Shown in pieces: positions 18,406 through 29,100 of a stretch of DNA of 64,000 nucleotides (positions are counted from its first letter, which is position 1; every line of letters starts with the position of its first letter). Source of the stretch: an uncultured delta proteobacterium. Its GTDB lineage: Bacteria; Myxococcota_A; UBA9160; UBA6930. The stretch is from positions 55,333 through 119,332 of the forward strand of contig CAVXZE010000006.1 of the NCBI GenBank assembly GCA_963766175.1, given 5' to 3'. The notes beneath the pieces were generated by a model. That model was not told where the DNA came from. It saw only the letters and a program-made list of their open reading frames with translations, and did not search any database. Position numbers and translations under genes: made by a program.

Positions 18406-21400
18406 CTATTGCGAGCCGTTCTTCGAGTCGTTTCTAGCGCGCCGGCGCCAGCCCGCGCCCCGCAGGTCCTCGAGCACCAGGTAGCCGCAGGGCAGCACTA
18501 GCAGGGTGATCACGGTGGCGAACATCACGCCGAAGGCGAGCGACACCGCCATCGGGATCAGGAACTGGGCCTGCATGCTTCGCTCCGCCATCAGGGGCGA
18601 GAGCCCGGCGAAGGTGGTGAGCGAGGTGAGCAGGATGGGACGGAAGCGCCCCACGCCGGCCTCGACGACCGCGTCTGCCACCGATCCACCGCGAGCCCGC
18701 TCGGCGTTCACGTTGTAGACGAGTACCAGGCTGGCGTTCACCACCACACCGGATGCGGCGACGATGCCGATCACGGAGAAGAAGCTCAGACCGTGGAGCT
18801 GATCGAGCCACTGCATCAGGATGTGCCCGCCGATGGCGCCCACCAGCCCGAAGGGAATCACGCTCATGATGACCAGGGGCTGGGTATACGAGCGGAGCGG
18901 GACCGCCAGCAGCGCGTAGATCATCAGCAGCGCGAGGACGTAGGCGCTGAGCAGGCCGCTGAAGGCGCGCCGCTGTTCGCGCTGCTCGCCCTCCAGGGAA
19001 TAAGAGACCGAGGGGTAGTCGGCGAGGATCTCCGGGAGCGACGCGGCCTGGAGGTCGGCCAGGACGTCGTTGGCGGTGGTGAGGGTCCGATCGACGTTGG
19101 CAGTGACGTTCACCACCCGCATCCGATCGGTGCGCTGGATGGTCGCGAAGCCGCGCCCCAGCTCCGCGTCGGCCACGGTGCGGAAGGGCACCTCGGCGCC
19201 GTCCATGGTGCGGATGCGGACGTTCTCGAGATCTCCGAGCGAGCGGCGCTGCTCTTCGGGATAGCGGACCATCACCCGGATGTCGTCGCGCCCGCGCTGG
19301 ATCCGCTGGGCCTCTTCGCCGTAGAAGGCCTGCCGCACCTGGCGCGCCAGGTCCCGGAGGGTGACCCCGAGCGATTCCGCGGTGGGTTTGATCTTGAGCT
19401 TCACCTCCTGCTTGCCTTCGCGAAAGGAGTCGGCGATGTCGATCACGCCGGGATACTGGGCGAGATCGGACTTCACCCGGTTCGCCGCCTCTCGCAGCAC
19501 CCCGAAGTCGGCCCCCTGGAGCTGGACGTCGATCGCGTCCCCGGCCGAGAAGAGGTCCGTCGCGAAGACCAGCTCCACCGCGTCGGGGACGCTCCCCACG
19601 ATGCGCCGCCAGCGCTGCGCCACCTGCGCGGTGTCGATGGCGCGCTCCTCGGAGGGCACCAGCTCAAGCACCACCTCTCCCAGGTGCGCGTCGTCCGAAG
19701 CCTGTTGGGATCCTCCCGCCGGTGTCCGGCTCTGCCGATCGCGGAAGGGCTGCCTTCCAACGGAAGCGAGCACGTGCAGGACCAGGCTCTGCTCCGCTGC
19801 CGCGAACTCCGGATCGAGCTCGGCGCGCAGCTCCTCCACCGACGCCTCGAGGCGTCGGACCGTGGCTTCGGTCACCTCGAAGGGCGTGCCCTGGGGCATC
19901 GTCAGCCAGGCGGCGAGAAAGTCGGCCTGGACGGGCGGGAAGAAGGAGAAGTGCATCCGGCCACTGGCCAGATGCCCCAGCGTCAGGAAGAGCAGCAGGA
20001 TCGCCACGGCGATGGTCGTGTAGCGCCACTCCAGAGCCCGCTCGAGGGCCGGCCGGTAGACGGCTACCGCGAAGCGCTCGAGCGAGCCTGCCGTAACGCG
20101 CTGGACTCGCTTCCAGCGTCGCCTGAAGGCGCTTCGCCCCTCCGACTCGGCGCCCTCGTGACCGAGGGCGAGGTGGGCGGGGAGCACCAGCTGCGACTCG
20201 ATCAGCGAGAAGATCAGGCAGATGGCCACGACCTTCGCCATGATCGAGAAGACCTGTCCCATCGGTCCCGGCACCATCAACATCGGCATGAAGGCGGCGA
20301 CCGTGGTCAGCACGCCGAAGACCACCGGGATCGCGACCTCCTGGGTGCCGCGAATCGCCCCCTCGAGCCGCTTCCCGCTCTGCTCCTGGTGCGCGTAGAC
20401 GCGCTCGCCCACCACCACGGCGTCGTCGACCAGGATGCCCAGCACCACGATCAAGGCGAAGAGCGAGATGACGTCGATCGAGAGCCCGAGGGGAGAGAAG
20501 AGCCAGAGTGCGCCGAGAAACGAGATGGGGATGCCCATCGTGACCCAGAAGGCCACCCGGGCACGGAGGAAGAGGGCCAGCACCGCCAGCACCAGCAGGA
20601 AGCCGTTGCGGCCGTTGCGCAGCAGCGTATCGCGGCGGCTCTTCAGGGGAATGGAGTCGTCCTGCCAGATGGTGAGCGAGATGCCCTCGGGCATCGTCTG
20701 GTTCGCCCTGGCCACGTACTCCTTCAGCGCCTCGGAGGTCTCGATCACGTCCTGGTCGCCGACGCGGTAGACCTGAACCACTGCGGCGGGCTGGCCGTCG
20801 AAGCGGGAGGCGAGGTCGACGTCTTCGAAGCCGTCGACCACGTTGGCGATCTCGCCGAGGGGGACCCGCGTCCCGTCCCGGCGAGCGATCACGACGAGGT
20901 CCTCGAACTCGAGGCCGCGGTAGGCCTGCCCCTTGGTGCGGAGCAGGATCTCACCGCCCGCGGTCTTGATGCTGCCGCCGGGCAGGTCGAGGGACGAGCT
21001 GCGGACCGCCTGCACCACGTCGTCGAAGCGCAGTCCGTGGCGGCGCAGGGACTCCTCCGAGACCTCGATGGAGATCTCGAAGGGGCGGACCAGCTTGAGC
21101 TCGGTCTGCGTGATGCCCGGCAGAGCCAGGATCTCGTCGCGTACCCGCTCGGCGAGCGCCTTCAGCGCCCGCTCGTCCACGTCGCCCGAGATCGCCACGT
21201 CCGCCACCGCGCGCTGCAGTGTGACCTGCGAGATCACCGGCTTCTCGGTCTCGTCGGGAAAGGTGTCGATGGCGTCGACGCGAGCCTTGACGTCGTCGAG
21301 GACCTTGCTCTCGTCCGCGCCGCTCATCAGCTCGACGATGACGGCGCAGGCTCCTTCCAGTGCCGAGGAGTGGATCTTGTCGATCCCGTCGATGCCCTCG

Positions 21401-21615
21401 ATCTCCTCCTCGATCCGGATGCAGACGCCCTCCTCGACCTCCTCCGGAGCGGCACCGAGGTACTCGACGGTGATGCGGATCATTTCGATATTGATGTCGG
21501 GGAAGGTCTTCTGCGGGAGCTGGATGACCGCAGTGAGTCCCCCCGCGATGATCATGGCCGCCAGCAGGTTGGCGGCGACCGGGTTCTGCGCGAACCAGGC
21601 GATCGCGCGGTTCAA
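18406..21615 (-). CDS. RND efflux transporter permease (AcrB/HAE-type), 1069 aa
   Basis: Length, 12-TM layout with two large periplasmic loops, and a typical N-terminus (AWFAQNPVAANLL..). Its start overlaps the MFP gene stop. Confidence 0.95.
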   Translation of the reverse strand: MNRAIAWFAQNPVAANLLAAMIIAGGLTAVIQLPQKTFPDINIEMIRITVEYLGAAPEEVEEGVCIRIEEEIEGIDGIDKIHSSALEGACAVIVELMSGADESKVLDDVKARVDAIDTFPDETEKPVISQVTLQRAVADVAISGDVDERALKALAERVRDEILALPGITQTELKLVRPFEISIEVSEESLRRHGLRFDDVVQAVRSSSLDLPGGSIKTAGGEILLRTKGQAYRGLEFEDLVVIARRDGTRVPLGEIANVVDGFEDVDLASRFDGQPAAVVQVYRVGDQDVIETSEALKEYVARANQTMPEGISLTIWQDDSIPLKSRRDTLLRNGRNGFLLVLAVLALFLRARVAFWVTMGIPISFLGALWLFSPLGLSIDVISLFALIVVLGILVDDAVVVGERVYAHQEQSGKRLEGAIRGTQEVAIPVVFGVLTTVAAFMPMLMVPGPMGQVFSIMAKVVAICLIFSLIESQLVLPAHLALGHEGAESEGRSAFRRRWKRVQRVTAGSLERFAVAVYRPALERALEWRYTTIAVAILLLFLTLGHLASGRMHFSFFPPVQADFLAAWLTMPQGTPFEVTEATVRRLEASVEELRAELDPEFAAAEQSLVLHVLASVGRQPFRDRQSRTPAGGSQQASDDAHLGEVVLELVPSEERAIDTAQVAQRWRRIVGSVPDAVELVFATDLFSAGDAIDVQLQGADFGVLREAANRVKSDLAQYPGVIDIADSFREGKQEVKLKIKPTAESLGVTLRDLARQVRQAFYGEEAQRIQRGRDDIRVMVRYPEEQRRSLGDLENVRIRTMDGAEVPFRTVADAELGRGFATIQRTDRMRVVNVTANVDRTLTTANDVLADLQAASLPEILADYPSVSYSLEGEQREQRRAFSGLLSAYVLALLMIYALLAVPLRSYTQPLVIMSVIPFGLVGAIGGHILMQWLDQLHGLSFFSVIGIVAASGVVVNASLVLVYNVNAERARGGSVADAVVEAGVGRFRPILLTSLTTFAGLSPLMAERSMQAQFLIPMAVSLAFGVMFATVITLLVLPCGYLVLEDLRGAGWRRRARNDSKNGSQ

Positions 21616-22781
21616 GGGGTCACCTCGTCACTGGCGACGGGGCGGACCTCCATTCCGTCGACGGCGGCCTCGACGGAGGAGACGATGACGCGGTCTCCGG
21701 GCTCGAGACCGGAGCGGATCACCACCTCGTCGCGTCTGGCGCGAATCACCTCAACGCGGCGGAAGCGGAGCCGGTCCTCGGTGTCGGCGACGAGCAGCTG
21801 ATCGGCTCCGCGCATTGCGGCGCGCGGCACCTTCACGACACCTTCGGTCTCACGCCCCAGGATCTGTGCCTCGACGAAGAGACCGACGGCCAGCGGCGGG
21901 CGGTCGCCGGAGCGGCCGTAGGGGTCCTCGACCCGCGCGATCACGTGGACCATGCGGGTCTTGGGGTCGATCTCCCCCTCGGTGCGGACCACGCGTCCCT
22001 CCCAGGTGTGTTCGGCCCCCGCGAAATCCGCGCGCAGCTCGACCGCCGCCCCCTCGGCGTTGGCGCCGTCGTCGCGGTACCAGAGCGGGAGATCCAGAAA
22101 GGCGAGCTCGTCGTCCGAGATCGGGAGGCGGATCTCCGCGAAGTCGGTGGCGTAGAGCCGCGCCATCGGCGCGCCGCGGTTCACGAACTGACCGACGTCG
22201 GCGGTGCGGTCGCGGACGCGGCCCTTGAAGGGTGCGCGGACCTCCGTGCGCTCCAAATCGCGTTCCGCCTTCTCGAGGTTGGCGTGGGCCTGCCGTCTCG
22301 CCGCGCGTGCGACCCGCTCCGCCGTGACCGCCATGTCGAGCTTCGCGGGGCTGGCGATCTTCCGGTCGGCGAGGTTCTGCTGTCGTGCCAGCTCCTTGGT
22401 CTCGCGCTCCAGCTCGCTCTCGGCTCTCGCCAGGTTGGCGCGCGCGATCTCGAGGGCGACCCGGTAGTCGAGCGGGTCGATGCGCACCAGGGGTTCGTTC
22501 TCCTCGAAGAACCCGCCGGAGGTGAAGGAGGGGGACACCCAGACGATGGGGCCCGATACCTCGGGAACCAGGTCGCTCTCGGTGCGCGGCGCGACGGCGC
22601 CGTGGGTGGTGACCCGGAGCTGGACCGTCTCTGGCATGACCTCGACGACGCGGACCAGCCGCGCCAGCGCCTCCGGCGAGGTGGTTTCGACGTCCGGGCG
22701 AGTGGCCACCAGGGCGACGGCGCCGAGCACGCCCGTGATCACGATCGCGATGGGCAGCAGGAGCTTGAGACGGCGTTTCAT
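21612..22781 (-). CDS. RND efflux periplasmic adaptor (MFP/HlyD family)
   Basis: N-terminal TM, a coiled-coil hairpin (ARAESELERETKELARQ..) and beta-barrel segments. 4-nt overlap with the RND gene. Confidence 0.9.
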   Translation of the reverse strand: MKRRLKLLLPIAIVITGVLGAVALVATRPDVETTSPEALARLVRVVEVMPETVQLRVTTHGAVAPRTESDLVPEVSGPIVWVSPSFTSGGFFEENEPLVRIDPLDYRVALEIARANLARAESELERETKELARQQNLADRKIASPAKLDMAVTAERVARAARRQAHANLEKAERDLERTEVRAPFKGRVRDRTADVGQFVNRGAPMARLYATDFAEIRLPISDDELAFLDLPLWYRDDGANAEGAAVELRADFAGAEHTWEGRVVRTEGEIDPKTRMVHVIARVEDPYGRSGDRPPLAVGLFVEAQILGRETEGVVKVPRAAMRGADQLLVADTEDRLRFRRVEVIRARRDEVVIRSGLEPGDRVIVSSVEAAVDGMEVRPVASDEVTP

Positions 22782-22881
22782 GGCGCGGAGTATAGAAACA
22801 GGCGTTGCGCTGGCCAGACACGGGCCGCGCCCTCGCTACGGCCCTCTTGACCCGGAGATCGGACTGCGTTGAGCTGAGGCC

Positions 22882-24306
22882 ATGGAGACGAATCTCGGCG
22901 CCCATCTCGACGCGATCTCGGGGCTGATCTGGGGGCCCTGGGTGTTGATTCCCCTGCTGGTGGGGACCGGTGTGCTCCTCACCGTGCGGCTCCGCGGCCT
23001 GCAGTTCCGCGAGCTGGGTCGGTCGCTCCACTTCGCATTCGTGCGGCGCCACGAGGCCGGCGCCGAGGGCGACATCTCGCACTTCCACGCCCTGATGACC
23101 GCCTTGGCCGCCACCGTCGGCACCGGGAACATCGCGGGTGTCGCCACCGCCATCGCGGCGGGTGGTCCCGGGGCGCTGTTCTGGATGTGGGTGACCGGTC
23201 TCCTCGGCATGGCGACCAAGTACGCCGAGGCGCTCCTCTCGGTCCGGTTCCGCGTGGTCGACGAGCACGGGGAGATGTCAGGCGGTCCGATGTACTTCCT
23301 GTCGCGCGGCATCTCCGCGCGTGGTGTCGGGCGCTTGCTCGGCGGCGCCTTCGCCCTCTTCGCCGCCATCGCCGCGTTCGGAATCGGAAACGGCGTCCAG
23401 TCCCAGGAGGTCGCAAACACCCTGCGGACCACCGCCGGCGTGGAGCCGCTGCTGACGACGACCGTGCTTGCGATATTGGTCGCGTCGGTGATTCTGGGCG
23501 GCATCCGTTCGATCGCGCGCTTCGTCGGCGTGCTGGTGCCCGCGATGCTGGTGCTCTACATGGGCGGGGCGCTGGCCGTGCTCTTCCTCAACCTGGAGTT
23601 CATCCCCCGCGCCTTCGCCCACGTCTTCAGCTCCGCATTCACGGGAAGTGCTCTGGGCGGAGGAGTGCTCGGCGCCTCCGTTGCCGCCGCGATCCGGTTC
23701 GGCTTCGCCCGCGGAATCTTCTCCAACGAGAGCGGATTGGGCTCCGCCGGGATCGCGGCGGCCGCCGCCGCGACGCGCGAGCCGGTGCAACAGGCCCTGG
23801 TCTCGATGACCCAGACCTTCATCGATACGCTCGTCGTCTGTACGCTGACGGGCCTCGTGATCCTGACGACCGTCCTCGCCGACATCGACCTCCACGGTGC
23901 CGCCGAGGCGGGCGCCCGCTGGCAGGAGCTCAGCGGATCCGAGTGGACGACGATCGCATTCCAGCAGAGCCTGCCGGGGCAGCTGGGTGGCTGGCTGGTC
24001 ACCATCAGCCTGGCGTTCTTCGCGTTCTCCACCATTCTCGGCTGGGGCTACTACGGCGAGAAATCGATCCAGTACCTGCTCGGCATCCGCGCGGTGGTGC
24101 CCTATCGGGTGGTCTTCTCGGCCATGGTCGTGATCGGTCCGCTCTTCTTCGACCGCCGCATCTGGCTGGTTTCGGACATCACCAACGGGCTGATGGCGAT
24201 TCCCAATCTGATCGGAATCCTGCTGCTCTCCGGAGTGATCGTCTCGGAGACGCGCGGCTTCTTCGCGCGCCAGGCTGCCCGGGAAGCACCGCCAGCCGAA
24301 ACTTGA
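22882..24306 (+). CDS. Alanine/glycine:cation symporter (AGCS family)
   Basis: AGCS hallmarks [26 protein letters not shown] and [10 protein letters not shown]. Confidence 0.92.
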   Translation: METNLGAHLDAISGLIWGPWVLIPLLVGTGVLLTVRLRGLQFRELGRSLHFAFVRRHEAGAEGDISHFHALMTALAATVGTGNIAGVATAIAAGGPGALFWMWVTGLLGMATKYAEALLSVRFRVVDEHGEMSGGPMYFLSRGISARGVGRLLGGAFALFAAIAAFGIGNGVQSQEVANTLRTTAGVEPLLTTTVLAILVASVILGGIRSIARFVGVLVPAMLVLYMGGALAVLFLNLEFIPRAFAHVFSSAFTGSALGGGVLGASVAAAIRFGFARGIFSNESGLGSAGIAAAAAATREPVQQALVSMTQTFIDTLVVCTLTGLVILTTVLADIDLHGAAEAGARWQELSGSEWTTIAFQQSLPGQLGGWLVTISLAFFAFSTILGWGYYGEKSIQYLLGIRAVVPYRVVFSAMVVIGPLFFDRRIWLVSDITNGLMAIPNLIGILLLSGVIVSETRGFFARQAAREAPPAET

Positions 24307-24311
24307 ACGAA

Positions 24312-24340
24312 TTGGACGTTTTTCGTCTGATTTGTATAAT
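24312..24340 (+). promoter_or_regulatory. Near-consensus sigma70 promoter directly abutting the tetR start codon
   Basis: TTGGAC (24312-24317), 17-nt spacer, TATAAT (24335-24340). The ATG at 24347 is only 6 nt after the -10. The spacer holds the inverted repeat GACG-TTTTT-CGTC. Confidence 0.5.
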
Positions 24341-24346
24341 TTGGCC

Positions 24347-24982
24347 ATGTCCACGACAGCCTCCCAAGCGCCGGCGGCGCGCACTGAGCGAGCGGAGCGC
24401 ACCCGCCACCGGATCCTCGACGCGGCGGGCCAGTGCTTCGCCGCCGCCGGCTACGCCAAGACCACGGTGGAGCAGATCGCCCTCCAGGCGGCCGTCTCCA
24501 AGGCCTTGGTCTACCACCACTTTCGCGGCAAGGAACAGATCCTGGAGGCGGTCCTGGAGCGCACGCTGGACGACTGGGACGAGGCCACGCAAACGGCCAA
24601 CTGGCCCGACGGGAAGAGCGTATTGCAGGGGCTCGCGGAGATGCACCGCGCGACGCTCCAGTACGCTCGGGACAACCCCCTGCTGCGCGCGCTCTTCCAG
24701 AACGATCCACTGGTGCTGCTGGACATGCGCAGGAGCGCTGCCGTGCGGCGCTCGTTGGATGAGTTTCGGGCGCAGCTGGTGGAGGCGATCCGCGCCGGGG
24801 TCGAGTCGGGCGAGCTGCGGGAGGACCTCGACGTCGAGCGCTCGGCGGATGTCGTCCGGATGCTCCACCTGAGCTTCATCAGGCACCTCTTCGAACCCGA
24901 GTGGATCGACGCCTCGGACGAGCGCCTGATCGATGCGAGCCTCGACGTGCTGTTTCGCGGTCTGGCTCGGGAGGAGCGATGA
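24347..24982 (+). CDS. TetR/AcrR-family transcriptional regulator
   Basis: N-terminal HTH (RILDAAGQCFAAAGYAKTTVEQIALQAAVSKALVYHHF). Its stop overlaps the start of the MFP gene. Confidence 0.9.
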   Translation: MSTTASQAPAARTERAERTRHRILDAAGQCFAAAGYAKTTVEQIALQAAVSKALVYHHFRGKEQILEAVLERTLDDWDEATQTANWPDGKSVLQGLAEMHRATLQYARDNPLLRALFQNDPLVLLDMRRSAAVRRSLDEFRAQLVEAIRAGVESGELREDLDVERSADVVRMLHLSFIRHLFEPEWIDASDERLIDASLDVLFRGLAREER

Positions 24983-26133
24983 TGCATCTGCTCCGCTGGC
25001 TCGCGCTGCTCTCGGTGCTCTCACTGGTAGCCTGCTCCGAGAATGGCCCCTCGAGTGCCGGGGCGGCCGGGAGCGCGGCCGCATCACAGTCGGAGCCCGA
25101 GTCCCGGACGTCCACAGCAGTCGATCGGGTCGAGACCCAGCGGGTTGCGCTCGGGGCGATCCACACCTCCATGGCGGCCTCGGGCGCGATCCGGGCGAAG
25201 CGGGTGAGCGAGATCGGAGCGGAGGTGAGCGGCCGATTGGTGGAGATATTGGTGGACGTGGGCGACGAGGTGGAGGAGGGCGATCCGCTCTTCCAGATCG
25301 ACGCGCGGCCCTACCAGCTGGGGCTGGCGGAGGCGCGCGCGGGTCTCGCCCTGGCACGGGCCGAGAGCCAGAACGCAGCGCACGAGGTCCAACGAGTCGC
25401 CAAGCTGATCGAGGAGCGGGCCGCCTCCGCGCAGCACTTCGAGCAGCTCCAGACCGCAGCGGCCGTCGCCCGAGCGCAGGTCGCGCAGATGGAGGCGAGG
25501 GTGGCTCGCGCCGAGCGCGATCTCGAGTGCACGGTGGTCCGGGCGCCGTACCCGGGAAGCATCGTCGAGCGGCGCGCTCACGAGGGTGCCATGGCGGGTC
25601 CAGCGCCGATCCTGGTGCTCCAGGAGACAGGCGCTCTGGAGGCCGTCCTCGCCATTCCGGACGCCTGGCCTGCGCCGGTTCGCGCCGGGGCCGAGGTCCG
25701 CCTCTACGTCGAGGGCCTCGCCGAGCCCCTGGTGACGCGCATCGACCGGGTCAGTGACCGCGTCGACCCCGAGACGCACACCTACGAGGTGCGCGGCCCG
25801 GTCGATGACCCGTCGCGCACGGCAAAGGCGGGCTCCTACCTGCGCGCCGAGGTCGAGATGGGCTCTGGCGCGCCCGTGCCGACGGTCGATCGCTCCGCGC
25901 TTCTCACCCGCGATGGCCGCACCTACGTGTTCCGGGTCAGCGGCGACACCGTGGAGCGCGTGGCCGTAGTCGTAGGCCTGATGGACGAGGCTCGCGCCCA
26001 GATCCTGAGCGGGGTCGCCAGCGGAGACGAGGTGGTGCGCGGGGAGGCCGTGGGCCGGCTCGAAGGCGGTGCGCGGATCGAGAGGATCGGGGAGGTCTCC
26101 GCCCAGAGCGCCCGCGTCGAGCCCGCCCAATGA
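24979..26133 (+). CDS. RND efflux periplasmic adaptor lipoprotein (MFP)
   Basis: Start at ATGATG 24979. Lipobox LSLVAC and a coiled-coil plus barrel layout. ATGA overlap with the RND gene at 26130-26133. Confidence 0.9.
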   Translation: MMHLLRWLALLSVLSLVACSENGPSSAGAAGSAAASQSEPESRTSTAVDRVETQRVALGAIHTSMAASGAIRAKRVSEIGAEVSGRLVEILVDVGDEVEEGDPLFQIDARPYQLGLAEARAGLALARAESQNAAHEVQRVAKLIEERAASAQHFEQLQTAAAVARAQVAQMEARVARAERDLECTVVRAPYPGSIVERRAHEGAMAGPAPILVLQETGALEAVLAIPDAWPAPVRAGAEVRLYVEGLAEPLVTRIDRVSDRVDPETHTYEVRGPVDDPSRTAKAGSYLRAEVEMGSGAPVPTVDRSALLTRDGRTYVFRVSGDTVERVAVVVGLMDEARAQILSGVASGDEVVRGEAVGRLEGGARIERIGEVSAQSARVEPAQ

Positions 26134-29100
26134 ACCTCGCCGACGTCTCGATCCGGCGTCCCGTCTTCGCGGCGATGCTGATCCTGGGCCTGGTGGTGCT
26201 GGGTCTGGTCTCGCTGGGCCGGCTCGAGATGCAGCTCGACCCGGACATCGAGTTCCCCATCGCCTATGTCACGACGGAGCTTCGGGGCGCCTCGCCGGGT
26301 ACCGTGGAGCGCGAGGTCACCGACGTCCTCGAGGAGCAGATCAACGCGATCGAGGGGATTCGCACGCTCAGCTCCACCTCCTCCGAAGGCCTCTCGCGAA
26401 TCGGGGTCGAGTTCCATCTCGATTACGACATCGACATCAAGGTGCAGGAGGTTCGCGACAAGGTCGCGCTGGCCCGGCCCCTGCTCCCGCTCGACATCGA
26501 GGATCCGGTGGTCGGGAAGTTCGACCTGAACGCGATCTCGATGATGAACATCGTGCTGGGTGGCGCCGTCTCGCTCCGCGATCTCTCCGACCTCGCCGAG
26601 CACGACGTGAAGGAGCGGCTGGAGCGGCTGCCGGGAGTCGGCGCGGTGGAGATCGTGGGCGCGCGGGAGCGGGAGATCCGCGTCTGGCTCGATCCGCTCC
26701 GCTTGACCGGCTACGGCCTGTCGATCGAAGACGTCGCAAACATGCTCCGCATGGAGAACGCAGAGCTCGCCAGCGGACGCATCGAAGGGATTCGCCGCGA
26801 GTGGTCCGTCACCACCCAGGGCAAGGCCAAGACCGTCGCCGACTTCGGTGAGCTGATCGTCGCCGAGCGGGCGGGGCGCCTGGTCCGTCTACGGGAGGTC
26901 GCGGTCGTCGAGGACGGGATGGCCGAGGCGCGCAGCATCGCCCGTCTGAACGGGCACCCGGGCGTCTCCCTCGAGATCCAGCGCCAGAGCGGCGCCGACA
27001 TCGTCGGGATCGCCCGGCACGTGCGGGCGGAGGTCGAGGAGATCCGGAAGAGCCTCCCGCCGGGTGTCGAGATCACCATGGCCCGCGACTACGCCATCTA
27101 CATCGAGGCACAGGTGCGCTCGGTCTTCGAGGACATGTTGCTCGCCACCGGGCTCGTCATCATCGTCGTGCTCTTCTTCCTGCGCAACGTGCGGACCACC
27201 TTCATTGCGATGCTCGCGATCCCCTCCAGCGTGATCGGCGCGTTCACCCTCTTCTACGCAATGAATCTCTCTCTCAACGTGATGACGCTGATGGCGCTCT
27301 CACTCGCCATCGGCCTGGTGATCGACGACACCATCGTCGTCCTGGAGAGCATCTATCGCAAGATCGAGGCGGGTGAGGACGCGATGAGCGCGGCGCAGCG
27401 GGGCACCCGGGAGGTCGGACTCGCGGTGGTCTCGACGACGCTCGCCGTCTGCGCGGTGTTCGTGTCGATCGCCTTCATGAGGAGCGTGATCGGGCGCTAC
27501 TTCTACGAGTTCGGCGTCGCCGTCACGGCGGCGGTGTTCGTCTCGGTACTCGTCGCGTTCACGCTCACACCGATGCTGGCGAGCCGGATGCTCAGCCAAA
27601 GCGGAGAGCCGGGCTGGCTGTTTCGGCGCTTCGCCCGCGCGCTTGCCGCGCTGGACGGGGGCTATCGTTGGCTGCTGCTGCGGTCGCTACGGCACAAATT
27701 CGTGACCCTGGCCGTGGGAGCGGCCGCGGTCCTCGGCGGCTGCGGCATCGCCTCGACCCTTCCCTTCGATCTCTATTCCCAGGAGGACCTGAACGAGATC
27801 CTGGTGCAGGCGAAGTTTCCGATCGGGACGCCGCTCTCGGTGACGGATCGCATGCTGCGTCGCATGGAGGCCGAGCTGATCGGCCACCCCGATGTGAGAG
27901 ACACATTCGCCGCCGCCGGCAACGAGGTTCGCCACGAGCCCCACCGCGTCCGCATCGAGGTGATGCTGATAGACAAGCAGGAGCGGGAACGCCCTCTCGC
28001 GGAGACCTTCGACGAGCTGCGCACACGACTGCTCGCCGCCGTCCCCGAGGCCGAGGAGATCACGGTGGGACTTCCGAGCCACGGGGATAGCCAGGGCGCC
28101 CACACGAACCTGAGCTATAGCCTGCAGGGTCCGGACCTCGGCCGGCTGGAGCGCTACGCCAACCAACTGACGGTGCGGATGCACGAGGACCCGGTCTTCG
28201 TGGACGTGGGCAGCTCCTTCGAAGCGGGCAAGCCCCAGATCACGCTCGACGTCGACCGCGGCCGCGCGGCGGACCTCGGCGTCTCGGCGGTAGCGATCGG
28301 GCGGACGATTCGCACTCTACTGGCCGGCGAGAAGGCCGGGTCCTTCGAGGAGGGAGGTCGCCGGCACGACGTGCGCGTCCAGGTCCTGCCCGAGTACCGC
28401 GACGATCCGGCCAAGATCGACCTGATCCGGGTCCGCTCGCTCCGCGGGGAGCTCGTCCCCATCACCAGCGCCGCCTCGGTGAGGATGGACGAGGGCCCCG
28501 TCGAGATCCGGCGGGAGAACCGCACCCGGGAGATCCGGGTCGTGGCCAACATGGCGAGCGGCATCCCGCTCAGCGTCGGTGCCACCAAGGTCGAGGCGTG
28601 GGGCACCGAGCTGGGGATCCAGCCACCGGACGAGATGGTGGCAGGAGGCCGGGTGCGGATCATGGGAGAGCTCTTGACGGATGTCGGCTTCGCCTTCGGT
28701 CTCGGTCTGCTGGCCCTCTACATGATCCTCGCCTCTCTCTTCAACTCCTTCACCCACCCCTTCACCATCATGATGTCCGCGCCACTCTCCTTCATCGGAG
28801 GCTTCCTGGCGCTCAAGCTGCTCGGCATGTCACTGGACATGATGAGCAGCGTCGGCTTGCTGGTGCTGATGGGGCTGGTGATGAAGAACGGAATCCTCCT
28901 GGTCGACTACACCAATCAGCTGCGCGAGGCCGGCCGCTCCCGGGAGGAAGCGCTTCTCGAGGCGGGGCCGGTCCGGATGCGGCCGGTGCTGATGACCTCG
29001 GCCGCACTGATCTTCGGGATGCTGCCCATGGTGCTCACCGAGGCGATCGGCGCCGAGTTCCGGGCACCGATGGCCGCGATTACCATCGGCGGGTTGTTCA

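Noticed and set aside
22782-22881. Promoter-like hexamers (TTGACC..TGAGCT on plus, TATACT on minus) between the divergent MFP and AGCS genes.
   Set aside because: Either the -10 or the -35 partner is poor at acceptable spacing. They are not strong enough to annotate without transcription start data.
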